From: an uncultured Actinomycetota bacterium
GTDB lineage: Bacteria > Actinomycetota > Actinomycetes > JAHEKZ01
Assembly: GCA_963718235.1 (NCBI GenBank)
Contig: CAVQYR010000001.1
Location: 1,792,001-1,856,000, forward strand
DNA length: 64,000 bases
Reading direction: 5' to 3'
A program made the translations under genes and the position numbers. Of this stretch, positions 28,190-38,200 are shown piece after piece. Position 1 is the first letter of the stretch; the number at the start of each line of letters is the position of its first letter. The notes beneath the pieces were generated by a model. It made no database searches and was not told the origin of the DNA. It saw nothing but the letters and a program-made list of their open reading frames with translations.

Positions 28190-28996
28190 ATGAGCGGTGT
28201 CCGGCGGTTGGGTGCGATGGCGCTGGCTGCGCTCTGCCTGGCCGCCACCGGGCTGGCGACCGCCCCGGCGCCGGCAGCTGCGTACGCGATGGCGCCGGGT
28301 GACCCGTACGTCGACGACTCGGTGCCCCGGGCCGCCGGGTGCATCCGGCTGGGACCGCAGTGGGCGGGGGTCAAGGTCTACCTGGTCCAGCGCCGGCTCG
28401 GCACCACCAGCGACCGCGACCGGTACCTCAGCGCCACGCAGGCGGCAGTCGAGCGCTTCCAGAAGCGACGCGGACTCGAAGTCACCGGCCGGGTCGACCA
28501 GACGACCTGGCGGGCCTTGGGCACCGGGCGCCCTTTCTGCCTGGACCGGTTCACGGTGCAGCCGCGGGTACCGATCGACGCGACCGCCGCCGAGCGGGTT
28601 GACGCCATGGTCGCGTGGGCGAGCGACCAGGTCGGACGTCGCTACGTCTGGGGCGGTGCCGGACGCCTCGGATACGACTGCAGCGGGTTGGCCCTGCAGG
28701 CGCTGCACGCGGGCGGTCGGGTCCTGCCGACCGTCACGACCGACCTGCACCAGCGGATCGACTTCGGCACGGCCACCGCAATCGCGCGGTCGGGCCTGCC
28801 TCGGCTGCCCCTCGCCGAGCGCCGCCGCGGCGACCTCGTGTTCTGGGGCGAGCCGGGGTCGATCAGCCACATGGCGGTCTACCTGGGCCACGGCCGGGTC
28901 ATCGAGGCAGTGCGTCCACGCGTACGCCGGGCCGACCTGTGGAGCCACGACGTGCCCCTCAAGGGCTACGTCGTCCGCCCATTCGGTGCCGCCTGA
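28190..28996 (+). CDS. secreted NlpC/P60 peptidase with peptidoglycan-binding domain
   Basis: Signal peptide, AVERFQKRRGLEVTGRVDQTTW, YDCSGL, HMAVYLG. Confidence 0.88.
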   Translation: MSGVRRLGAMALAALCLAATGLATAPAPAAAYAMAPGDPYVDDSVPRAAGCIRLGPQWAGVKVYLVQRRLGTTSDRDRYLSATQAAVERFQKRRGLEVTGRVDQTTWRALGTGRPFCLDRFTVQPRVPIDATAAERVDAMVAWASDQVGRRYVWGGAGRLGYDCSGLALQALHAGGRVLPTVTTDLHQRIDFGTATAIARSGLPRLPLAERRRGDLVFWGEPGSISHMAVYLGHGRVIEAVRPRVRRADLWSHDVPLKGYVVRPFGAA

Positions 28997-29009
28997 GTGC
29001 GCAGCCCGG

Positions 29010-29384
29010 CTAGAACTCCGAGGTCGCCTCGGCCTCGAGCAGGGCAGCGGCGAGGTGCACCCGCAGCGGCTCGAACCGCATCACCCCAGGGGGGTTGACC
29101 AGCAGCTCGGCCAGATTGGCCATCAGCTCGGCGAAGGCTGGGGCCGAGCGATGCTCGCTGACGCCGGACTCACCGTGGAACCACTCGTGCAGCCACACCA
29201 CGTCGGGCTCGTCGGGGTCCAGGGAGATCACGAAGATCTCGGTGGCCGGCTCTTCGCCCAGGTGGTCGGCGTAGCGGTGCAGGGCGTCGAGGACGGCGGC
29301 CCGGCGCCCGGCCTGGGCCTGCAGCCGCACCACCATGCCCAGGCGCTGGGGCAGCAACCGGTTCAGGGGCTCGTGCTCGGTCAT
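29010..29384 (-). CDS. antibiotic-biosynthesis monooxygenase (ABM) family protein
   Basis: EEPATEIF, VWLHEWF, EHRSAPAF pattern; GGGAG RBS. Confidence 0.72.
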   Translation of the reverse strand: MTEHEPLNRLLPQRLGMVVRLQAQAGRRAAVLDALHRYADHLGEEPATEIFVISLDPDEPDVVWLHEWFHGESGVSEHRSAPAFAELMANLAELLVNPPGVMRFEPLRVHLAAALLEAEATSEF

Positions 29385-29451
29385 CCGGCTGGTCGTCTCC
29401 CTCGCCTGGCCCGGTGTCAGCCCCTAGACCACCAGATTCGCGACCCGTGCG

Positions 29452-30261
29452 CTACCTCGGGCGGGTGGCGTAGGTGGCGACCGCAGTGGCGGCCGCCACG
29501 TTCAGCGAGTCGATGCCGTGCGCCATGGCGATCCTGACCCGGCGGTCGGACATCCGCAGTGCCTCGTCGCTGAGCCCAGAGCCCTCGGTACCGACGAGCA
29601 GGGCGAGCCGGTCGGGAACGGTGGCGACCGCGTGGTCCAGGTCCTCGGCGTCGGCACCGGGGGTGAGCGCCCACAGCTCGAAGCCCTCGTCCCCGACGTG
29701 CTGCAGGGCCCCAGGCCACGTGGTGGCCCGGGCCCAGGGCACGCTGAACACCGCCCCCATCGAGACCTTGATCGAGCGCCGGTAGAGCGGGTCGGCGCAA
29801 CGTGGATCGACCAGGACCGCGTCGACTCCCAGGGCGGCGGCCGAACGGAAGGCCGCGCCGACGTTGGTGTGCTCGACGATCCCCTCGAGCACCAGGAGGC
29901 GGGTAGCGCTCGGCAGCAGCTCGGCCACAGCGGGGGTCGGGCGGCGGTTCATCGAGGCCAGGGCGCCGCGGTGGACGACGTACCCGGTGATGCCCTCGAG
30001 GACCTCGTCTGTCGCGACGTACACGGGCACGTCGAGCCCGGCGAGCGGGTCGGACAGCGACTCGTACCACCGGGCCGACATGAGCATTGACCGGGGCGTG
30101 AAGCCGGCCGTGATCGCCCGACGGATCACCTTCTCGCCCTCCGCGACGAACAGTCCGTGCTCGCTCTCGACCCTTCGGCGCAGCGCGACGTCGGTGAGGT
30201 TCGCGTAGTCGGTGACCCGCGGGTCGTCCAGCGTGGTCACGAGCTCAGGGGGCGCCATCAT
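29452..30261 (-). CDS. TrmH/SpoU family RNA methyltransferase
   Basis: FVAEGEKV, NVGAAFRSAAALG, GTEGSGL, DSLNVAAA. Confidence 0.9.
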   Translation of the reverse strand: MMAPPELVTTLDDPRVTDYANLTDVALRRRVESEHGLFVAEGEKVIRRAITAGFTPRSMLMSARWYESLSDPLAGLDVPVYVATDEVLEGITGYVVHRGALASMNRRPTPAVAELLPSATRLLVLEGIVEHTNVGAAFRSAAALGVDAVLVDPRCADPLYRRSIKVSMGAVFSVPWARATTWPGALQHVGDEGFELWALTPGADAEDLDHAVATVPDRLALLVGTEGSGLSDEALRMSDRRVRIAMAHGIDSLNVAAATAVATYATRPR

Positions 30262-31013
30262 CAGCCCACCAGCAAGAAGGCAATGGCGACCACACCGACC
30301 ACGACGATCACCGCGCGCAGCAGGCCCGGGGGGAGCCGCCGGCCGACCCGGGCGCCAGCCCACCCACCCACCGTGGAACCGACGACGAGCAGCAGCACGA
30401 TCCTCCAGTCCACCGGCGCCACTGCCACGAACACCACAGCCGCGATGGCGTTGACGACGGTGGCGAGCACGTTCTTGCAGGCGTTGACCCGGTGCAGGTC
30501 GTGGTCGAGCCAAGTGCCCAGGATTCCGATCAGCAGCACGCCTTGGGCCGCTCCGAAGTACCCGCCGTACGTCCCCGCACCGAAGACTGCGCCGAGCAGA
30601 GGCCGGCTCGGCGGTTGTTCCCTCGCGCGCTCCCGCTCGAGCCGGCGGGTGAGCCAGGGCTGGAGGACGACGAGCAGCACGGCGAGCCCGATCAGGACGG
30701 GCACGATCGCATCGAAGGCCGCCGACGGCAGGGCCAGGAGGAGCAGCGCACCGAACAGCCCCCCGAGCGCCGAGGCCGGGACGAGACGCCGCAGGCGGGC
30801 TCCCTGGCCGGTCAGCTCCTCGCGGTAGCCGAGACTGCTGGCGACCGAGCCCGGGACCAGACCCACGGTGTTGGACACGTTGGCGGTCAGGGGCGCGAAG
30901 CCCAGCAGAACCAGGGTGGAGAAGGTGAACAGCGTCCCGGCGCCCACCACCGCGTTGATCGCGCCGGCGGCGACTCCTGCGACCAGGATCAGGACGGCGT
31001 CGAGCGCACTCAC
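30261..31013 (-). CDS. TauE/SafE family membrane protein
   Basis: AGAINAVVGAGTLFTF, YGGYFGAAQG, NACKN. Confidence 0.88.
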   Translation of the reverse strand: MSALDAVLILVAGVAAGAINAVVGAGTLFTFSTLVLLGFAPLTANVSNTVGLVPGSVASSLGYREELTGQGARLRRLVPASALGGLFGALLLLALPSAAFDAIVPVLIGLAVLLVVLQPWLTRRLERERAREQPPSRPLLGAVFGAGTYGGYFGAAQGVLLIGILGTWLDHDLHRVNACKNVLATVVNAIAAVVFVAVAPVDWRIVLLLVVGSTVGGWAGARVGRRLPPGLLRAVIVVVGVVAIAFLLVG

Positions 31014-31029
31014 CTGCGAGTCGTCCCTC

Positions 31030-31084
31030 GCTCGTCGGGTGCTCGTCGGACGCTCATCGGCGGGTCATCGGTGGGTCATCGGTC
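31030..31084. repeat. five degenerate 11-bp tandem repeats
   Basis: GCTCGTCGGGT GCTCGTCGGAC GCTCATCGGCG GGTCATCGGTG GGTCATCGGTC. Confidence 0.7.
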
Positions 31085-31163
31085 AGTGAGCCTCATGGTC
31101 GACCGATCGTAGGCGCCCCCACGGGCGATCAAGCACCGACCCGACCGCGCCGATGCCCCCACC

Positions 31164-32276
31164 GTGAGGCCACCCTTCTGCCGGCGCCTGCGTGCGCTGG
31201 CCCGATCCACGACACCGCTGCTGGCGTTGGCTGCCCTGCTCGCGGTCGGGATCAGCGTCCCCGCCCACGCCGACCCCTCGGACGAGGTCGCGGCGCAGGC
31301 GTCGCAGGCGCAGGTGCGCGCGGACCGGCTGCAGCGCCGCCTCGACGTCGCCGTCGAGCGCTACGCGGCTGCCCTGCGTGGGCTTGCGTCGGCGGTGAAC
31401 TCCAGTGTGGGTGACGACCAGGTGGCCCAGGTGACCACCAGCCTCGCCGAAGCCGTCTCGGTCGACCAGGAGCAGCGGGTCCGGGCGATCTACATGTCCG
31501 GCGGCTCGCTCGGCCTCGTGGGCAGCGTCCTCGCCGCCCAGACCCCCCGAGACCTCGCCAGCCGGGTGGCCAACGTGTCCGCCGTGGTCGACTTCGGCTC
31601 GCTCGTCGTCGGGGACACCTCAGCCGTGGCGGCGGCTGCCCGGGAGCAGGCGCTGGTGAGCCGGACCGCGGCTCGGCAGAGGATCGGCACCGTGCAGGAC
31701 GTCGAGGCGGCCTACGCCCGCCTGAACGCTCTGCTGGCCGCCGAGCAGGCCCGAGCCGAACGGCTGTCCGACGAGGCGGAGCGGCTCGCAGCGCGGGAGC
31801 GTCTGGCCGCGGCCCGGGCGGCTGCTGCCGCAGCCGCGGCGTCTGCGCCGAGCAACGTGACAGCCGGAGGGATCCCGGTCAACTTCCTGAGGCTGTACCG
31901 GGCGGCGGCCGACACCTGCTCAGGGCTGCCGTGGGTGGTCCTGGCTGCGGTCGGCCAGGTCGAGAGCGGGCACGGGCGCAACAACGGACCGTCGTCCTCC
32001 GGCGCGGAGGGACCGATGCAGTTCCTCCCGTCCACCTTCGCCGGGTATGCCGTCGACGGTGACCGCGACGGCGACACCGACATCTGGGACCCCGCCGACG
32101 CGATCTTCTCCGCGGCCCACTACCTGTGCGCCAACGGCGGGGGGCGCGGGCCTAGCGGGCTGTACAACGCCCTGTGGCACTACAACCACGCAGATTGGTA
32201 CGTCCAGCTGGTGGTCAACGTGGCGGGGCAGCTGGCGCAGCGGTTCGGCGAGCCGGTCCCGGTCGCCATCTCCTGA
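31164..32276 (+). CDS. secreted coiled-coil lytic transglycosylase (SLT-like)
   Basis: Signal peptide, Ala-rich coiled coil, VESGHG, GAEGPMQFLPSTF, DAIFSAAHYL, YNHADWYV. Confidence 0.88.
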   Translation: MRPPFCRRLRALARSTTPLLALAALLAVGISVPAHADPSDEVAAQASQAQVRADRLQRRLDVAVERYAAALRGLASAVNSSVGDDQVAQVTTSLAEAVSVDQEQRVRAIYMSGGSLGLVGSVLAAQTPRDLASRVANVSAVVDFGSLVVGDTSAVAAAAREQALVSRTAARQRIGTVQDVEAAYARLNALLAAEQARAERLSDEAERLAARERLAAARAAAAAAAASAPSNVTAGGIPVNFLRLYRAAADTCSGLPWVVLAAVGQVESGHGRNNGPSSSGAEGPMQFLPSTFAGYAVDGDRDGDTDIWDPADAIFSAAHYLCANGGGRGPSGLYNALWHYNHADWYVQLVVNVAGQLAQRFGEPVPVAIS

Positions 32277-32287
32277 CCCGATCCTGC

Positions 32288-33043
32288 TCAGCGGCGAGTG
32301 ACCGGCTCCCAGCCCCGACTCGGGTCACGCGACCCGGAGTCGTGGCTGCCGCGGCTGCGGTACACCAGGTAGGGGCGGGACAGGTAGCCGATCGGCGCAC
32401 TGATCACGTGCACCAGCCGGGTGAACGGCCAGAGCATGAACAGCACCATGACCGCGACGACGTGCAGCTGGAAGGTGAGCGGGGCCTCCGTCATGAGCTC
32501 GGCCTCCGGGTCGAGCATGAACACGCTGCGGAACCACACCGAGATCGTCTCGCGGTAGTTGAACCCGTCGGGGTACTTGCCGGGCAGGTCGAGCAGGTTG
32601 ACTCCGATCGTGTTGTAGGCCCCGAGCAGCACCACCGTGGCGAGGACCAGGTACATGGCCTTGTCCATCGGCGTCGTCACGCGGAACACCCGACCGACGG
32701 TGCGGCGGCGGTAGATCAGGATGCCCATGCCGACCACGACCATGACTGCGGCGATCGATCCCATCGTGACGGCGACGACGTGGTACGTCGACTCGGAGAT
32801 GCCCAGGGCATCGGTCCAGCTCTCGGGAACCAGCAGCCCGACGAGGTGCCCGGCCAGGGCGAGCAGGATCCCGAAGTGGAACAACGGGCTTCCCAGGCGA
32901 AGCAGACGGCTCTCGTACATCTGTGACGACCGGGTGGTCCAACCGAACTTGTCGTACTTGTAGCGCCAGTACAGCCCGACGCCGAGCACCGCGAACGTGA
33001 CGTAGGGCAGCACGATCCACAGGAAGGTGGCGAGGCTGTTCAT
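32288..33043 (-). CDS. narI: respiratory nitrate reductase gamma subunit
   Basis: YDKFGWTTRSSQ, LFHFGIL..GH, FQLH, WPFTRLVH. Confidence 0.95.
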   Translation of the reverse strand: MNSLATFLWIVLPYVTFAVLGVGLYWRYKYDKFGWTTRSSQMYESRLLRLGSPLFHFGILLALAGHLVGLLVPESWTDALGISESTYHVVAVTMGSIAAVMVVVGMGILIYRRRTVGRVFRVTTPMDKAMYLVLATVVLLGAYNTIGVNLLDLPGKYPDGFNYRETISVWFRSVFMLDPEAELMTEAPLTFQLHVVAVMVLFMLWPFTRLVHVISAPIGYLSRPYLVYRSRGSHDSGSRDPSRGWEPVTRR

Positions 33044-33669
33044 GAGCGCACTCCCAGGCCGGTGGTCTCGGGGGGACCGAAGGGTTCGAGCCCGACCTCT
33101 TCTCGTGGCGGACCCTGGACGGCGAGCACCGCGGCCGACTCCAGGTCGAGCTCGCCCGGCGGCGGAAGCGTGAGCTCGACCGCCTCGACCAGGTGCACGT
33201 AGGGCGACCCCAGGTCGGACAACGACATCCGCAGGACCGTGAGCCCTCGGCGGTGCGCGCCCAGGAGGTCCTCGGCTGCCTGTCGGTCACCGGCGACGGA
33301 GAACTCCAGGACGACCGGCAGGTAGTCAGGCAGCTCCTCGGTCTGCAGGTGCAGCCCGGCGCTTCGGTACACCTCCTTGAACCCGACCAGTGCCATCCCG
33401 CGCCGTCGGGTGTCGCCGTTGAGGTAGTAGCTGAGGTAAAGGCAGCACTTGCGCTTGAGGTCGAAGGTGGCCACGTAGTGCTGCTGGGCGGCCAGGAGCT
33501 CGGTGACCGCCAGGTAGTCGACGAAGCGCAGGATCGGGTCGGCGAAGGCCCGCGGCAGGGTACCCGCGACGGCGGTGTACGTGGGCAGCTGGTCGACCGT
33601 GGCCTGGGTCGGGTAGGGCAGCAGCACCGAGGCCAGGGTGCGCACCACATCGACGTCGTGGGTGGTCAC
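33040..33669 (-). CDS. narJ: nitrate reductase chaperone (delta subunit)
   Basis: YVATFDL, GDTRRRGMAL, EELPDYLPVVLEF; GTGA overlap with narH. Confidence 0.93.
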   Translation of the reverse strand: MTTHDVDVVRTLASVLLPYPTQATVDQLPTYTAVAGTLPRAFADPILRFVDYLAVTELLAAQQHYVATFDLKRKCCLYLSYYLNGDTRRRGMALVGFKEVYRSAGLHLQTEELPDYLPVVLEFSVAGDRQAAEDLLGAHRRGLTVLRMSLSDLGSPYVHLVEAVELTLPPPGELDLESAAVLAVQGPPREEVGLEPFGPPETTGLGVRS

Positions 33670-35267
33670 GACGTCCCCTCTCCGCCCCCGGCGCCGCTGG
33701 GCAACGAGTCGTGCCGGTCGGCCTCGGCCCGCTGCCGGGTGAGGTGGAACGCCTCGACCGCTGCCGGGTCGTAGCGCAGCTCGCCGACCGGCGTGGTGGA
33801 GCCCATCCCCGGCCCACCCTCGTAGTCCAGGCTGCACCCGGCGACGACCGTCTCCTCGAGCGCGCCGGCCTGCTCCTGATGCGCCACGGGTATGACGTAG
33901 CGGTCCTCGTACTTGGCGATGGCCAACAACCGGTACATGACCATCAGCTGCTCCTCGGTCAGCCCGACCGCCTCGGGGATCGAGGCGTCCCTCGGCTCAC
34001 CGAGGTTGACCGCGCGCAGGTAGCTGCGCATGGCGGCGAGCTTGCGCAGGACGCCCTCGACCACCTGGGTGTCCCCCGCGCTGAGCAGCCCGGCGAGGTA
34101 CTCCACGGGGATGCGCAGTGCCTCGATCGCCGCGAAGAGGTTGCCGGCCGACTCACCGTCGTGTCCGGTGCTCGCGACGACGTCGACGACCGGCGACAGC
34201 GGCGGGATGTACCAGACCATCGGCATGGTGCGGTACTCCGGGTGCAGAGGGAGCGCGACCTGGAACACCTTGGCGAGCTGGTAGACCGGCGAACGCTGGG
34301 CCGCGACGATCCAGTCCTCAGGGAGTCCACCCGCGCGCGCTGCCGCGAGCACCTCGGGGTCGTGCGGGTCGAGCATCAGGTCGAGCTGGGCCTGGTACAG
34401 GTCCTGCTCGTCCTCGACCGAGGCGGCCACGAGCACCGCGTCGGCGTCGTACAGGAACAGTCCGATGTAGCGCAGGCGCCCCACGCACGTCTCCGAGCAG
34501 ACCGTGGGCATGCCGACCTCGACCCGCGGGTAGCAGAACGTGCACTTCTCGGCTTTGCCGGTGCGGTGGTTGAAGTAGATCTTCTTGTACGGGCAGCCGG
34601 AGATGCACATGCGCCACCCACGGCAGCGGTCCTGGTCGACGAGCACGATCCCGTCCTCGGCACGCTTGTACATCGCGCCGGACGGGCAGGAGGCGACACA
34701 CGAGGGGTTCAGACAGTGCTCGCAGATCCGCGGCAGGTAGAACATGAAGGTCTTCTCGAACTCGAACTGCACGGTCTCGGAGACCTGCGCGAGAATGGGG
34801 TCGCCCGCGGCCGTCTCGGGTGCGCCGCCCAAGTCGTCGTCCCAGTTCGCACTCCACCGGATCTGCATGTCCTTGCCCGTGATCATGGACTTGGGCCGGG
34901 CGACCGGAACCGTGTCGGTGCTCGGTGAGCTGATCAGGTTGTCGTAGTCGTAGGTCCACGGCTCGTAGTAGTCGTCGAGGCCCGGCAGCCTCGGGTTGCT
35001 GAAGATCGTCGCGAGCTTCCGGAAGCGACCGCCCGCCTTCAGCCTCAACCGACCGCGTCGGGTACGGGTCCAGCCGCCCTGCCAACGCTCCTGGTCCTCG
35101 TACTGCCGCGGGTACCCCAGGCCGGGACGGGTCTCGACGTTGTTGAACCACACGTACTCGACGCCGCTGCGGTTGGTCCACGTCTGCTTGCACGTCACCG
35201 AGCAGGTATGGCAGCCGATGCACTTGTCGAGGTTCATCACCATGCCGAGCTGGGCCATGACCTTCAT
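33666..35267 (-). CDS. narH: respiratory nitrate reductase beta subunit
   Basis: NLDKCIGCHTCSVTCK, RICEHCLNPSCVASCP, CRGWRMCISGCPY, KCTFCYPR. Confidence 0.97.
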   Translation of the reverse strand: MKVMAQLGMVMNLDKCIGCHTCSVTCKQTWTNRSGVEYVWFNNVETRPGLGYPRQYEDQERWQGGWTRTRRGRLRLKAGGRFRKLATIFSNPRLPGLDDYYEPWTYDYDNLISSPSTDTVPVARPKSMITGKDMQIRWSANWDDDLGGAPETAAGDPILAQVSETVQFEFEKTFMFYLPRICEHCLNPSCVASCPSGAMYKRAEDGIVLVDQDRCRGWRMCISGCPYKKIYFNHRTGKAEKCTFCYPRVEVGMPTVCSETCVGRLRYIGLFLYDADAVLVAASVEDEQDLYQAQLDLMLDPHDPEVLAAARAGGLPEDWIVAAQRSPVYQLAKVFQVALPLHPEYRTMPMVWYIPPLSPVVDVVASTGHDGESAGNLFAAIEALRIPVEYLAGLLSAGDTQVVEGVLRKLAAMRSYLRAVNLGEPRDASIPEAVGLTEEQLMVMYRLLAIAKYEDRYVIPVAHQEQAGALEETVVAGCSLDYEGGPGMGSTTPVGELRYDPAAVEAFHLTRQRAEADRHDSLPSGAGGGEGTS

Positions 35268-38200
35268 CAGTACTGGACCTCCTGGCTGCGGCGACGGATG
35301 ACGGTGACCTCGTCGCGCTGGTTCCCGGTCGGCCCGTAGTAGTTGAAGCCGTACGAGAGCTGGGCGTACCCGCCGACGAGGTGGGTGGGCTTGAGGATCA
35401 ACCGGGTCAGGGAGTTGTGGATCCCGCCGCGCTTGCCCGTGTGCTCCACCCGCGGGACGTCGACCGTGCGGTCCTTGGCGTGGTACATGTACACGGTGCC
35501 CTCGGGCATCCGGTGGGTCACCACGGCCCGTGCGACGACGATCCCGTTGCGGTTGACCGCCTCGATCCAGTCGTTGTCCCTGACGCCGATCTTGGCGGCG
35601 TCCTCCTTGCTCATCCACAGGTCCGGTCCGCCGCGGGACAGGGCGAGCATGAACAGGTTGTCCTGGTACTCGGAGTGGATGGACCACTTGGAGTGCGGCG
35701 TCAGGTAGCGGACGGCGACGCCCGTGCTGTCCACGTCCCCGATCCTCGGGTAGTCGGCCAGCACATGCAGGTTCAACGGTGGCCGGTAGGTCGGAAGGCA
35801 CTCCCCGACCTCGGCGATCCACTCGTGGTCCAGGAAGAAGTGCTGGCGGCCGGTGAGGGTGTGCCACGGCTTGAGCCGCTCGACGTTGATCACGAAGGGT
35901 GAGTAGCGCCGCCCGCCGTGCTCACTGCCGGACCACTCCCAGGAGGTGATCACCGGCTGGGGCCGCGACTGGGTGTCGGCGAACGTGATGTGCTTGCCCT
36001 CGTTGTCCTCGGCCAGGTCGGCCAGGGTCTGCCCCGTGCGCTTCTCCAGCTCGCGGAACCCGGCGACGGCGATCGCACCGTTGGAGACTCCGGAGAGGGT
36101 GAGGATCGCCTCGCACGCCTGCTCGGCCGTGCGCAGCTGCGGGCGACCGTCGGCAACACCTCCGGCGACCACACCGTTGACCCGGCGCAGATGGTCGACC
36201 GAGCCCTGCTGCTTCAGGGTGATGCCCTTCACCGTCGTCCCGAGCTTCTCGACGTTGGGCCCCAGCGCGCTCATCTTCGCGGCGATGTCCGCGTAGTCGC
36301 GTTCCACCACCATCAACCCGGGCATCGTCTTGCCGGGGATCGGTTCGACCTCGCCGGTGCGCCAGTCCCGCACCCGACCCCCGGGCTGCGCCGTCTCGCC
36401 CGGGGTGTCGTGCTGCAGGGGCATGGCCACGACGTCCGTGCGGACGCCGAGGTGCTTGGCGGCCAGCGCGCTGAACACCACGGCCATCTGCTGGAAGGCG
36501 TCGTAGTCGCTGCGCGTCTGCCAAGGTGGTGCGATCGCTGCGTTGAAGGCGTGCACGTACGGGTGCATGTCGGTGCTCGACAGGTCGTACTTCTCGTACC
36601 AGGTCGCCGCAGGCAGCAAGACGTCGGAGAAGAGTCCGGTGCTGGTCATCCGGAAGTCCATCGACACCAGCAGGTCGACCTTGCCGACCGGTGCCTGGTC
36701 GCGCCAGACCACGTCGTGCGGCCGAAGCTCGGGCGGTGTCTCCACGGTGTTCGCCACCGCGCCGTCGGCGCCGAGCAGGTGGTGCAGGAAGTACTCGTTG
36801 CCCTTGCCGGACGATCCGAGCAGGTTCGCCCGCCAGATCGTGAGCACCCGGGGGAAGTTGACCGGGTTGTCCGGGTCCTCACAGGCGAAGCGCAGCTCGC
36901 CGGTCTTCAGCTGGTCGACGACATGCTCCGCCGGGGTGCGACCGGCGGCAGCGGCGGCGTCGGCGAGGTCGAGGGGGTTGGCGTCGAACGTGGGGTACGA
37001 CGGGGTCCACCCGAGCCGGACGGCCTGGGCCAGCGTGTCGGCCATGGCCCGGCCCTCGAAAAGGCCGGACCCGGTCTTCGCCGACACCTGGTCGGCGCGG
37101 AAGGCGTCGTAGCGCCACTGGTCGGTGGCCAGGTACCAGAACGCCGTCCCGGCCATCTGCCGAGGGGGGCGGTTCCAGTCGAGCCCGAAGGCCAGCTGGG
37201 CCCAGCCGGTGAACGGCCGTACCTTCTCCTGGCCGACGTAGTGCGCCCAGCCACCACCGTTGCGGCCCTGGCAGCCGGTGAGCACGACGAGCGCGATGAT
37301 CGCCCGGTAGATCGTGTCGGAGTGGTACCAGTGGTTGGTGCCCGCGCCCAGCGCGATCATCGACCGACCGTTGGACCGCTCCGCGTTGTCGGCGAACTCC
37401 CGGGCGATCCGGGCGACCGCGGCGGCCGGGACCGAGGTGATCTCCTCCTGCCAGGCCGGGGTGTAGGGCGACTCGGCGTCGTCGTAGTCGCGAGCCCACT
37501 GCCCGGGAAGCCCGGGGCGCCCCACGCCGTACTGGGCGAGCATCAGGTCGAAGACGGTCGTGACGAGGTGGTCCCCGAGCCGCCGGACCGGGACGCCGCG
37601 TCGGATCACCGAACCGCACTCGTCGCGGCCCTCGCCGACGTCGAAGCGGGGCAGGTCGACGGCCACGGAGTCGCACTCGGGACCGTGCAGCGTCAACAGC
37701 GGGTCGACGTCGTCCAGGTCGAGGTTCCAGCGGCCCATTCCCGACTCTGTGTGCCGGAACCCCAGCGAGCCGTTCGGGACGACCGGCTCGCCCGTCCCCG
37801 AGTCGAGGACTGCGGTCTTCCACGCCGCCCCCTCGTCGGCGTCGCCCAGCAGCTCGGCCGTGACGAAGTGGTCGGGGACGTAGGCGTCACCGCGCTGCTT
37901 GAGGGTCACCAGGTACGGCAGGTCGCTGAACTGCTTGACGTAGGCGGTGAACATCGGAGTGTCCCGGTCGACGAAGAACTCCTTGAGCACGACGTGCCCC
38001 ATCGCCATGGCGAGCGCGCCGTCGGTGCCCGGGTGAGTGGCCAGCCACTCATCGGCGAACTTGGTGTTGTCGGCGTAGTCGGGGCTGACCGTCACCACCT
38101 TCTGCCCCTTGTAACGAGCCTCCGTCATGAAGTGGGCGTCCGGGGTTCGCGTCGTCGGGATGTTGGAGCCCCACATGATCAGGTAGCTCGCGTTCCACCA

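Noticed and set aside
31030-31084. CRISPR array
   Set aside because: Units are 11 bp, contiguous and have no spacers; no cas operon or repeat-spacer array was seen in the window.
31085-31163. c-di-AMP riboswitch before the lytic transglycosylase
   Set aside because: Too short, and the conserved motifs were not recognised.
20692-32276. Genomic island integrated at tRNA-Leu
   Set aside because: No integrase nearby, no duplicated tRNA 3' end found by eye, and composition resembles the flanks.
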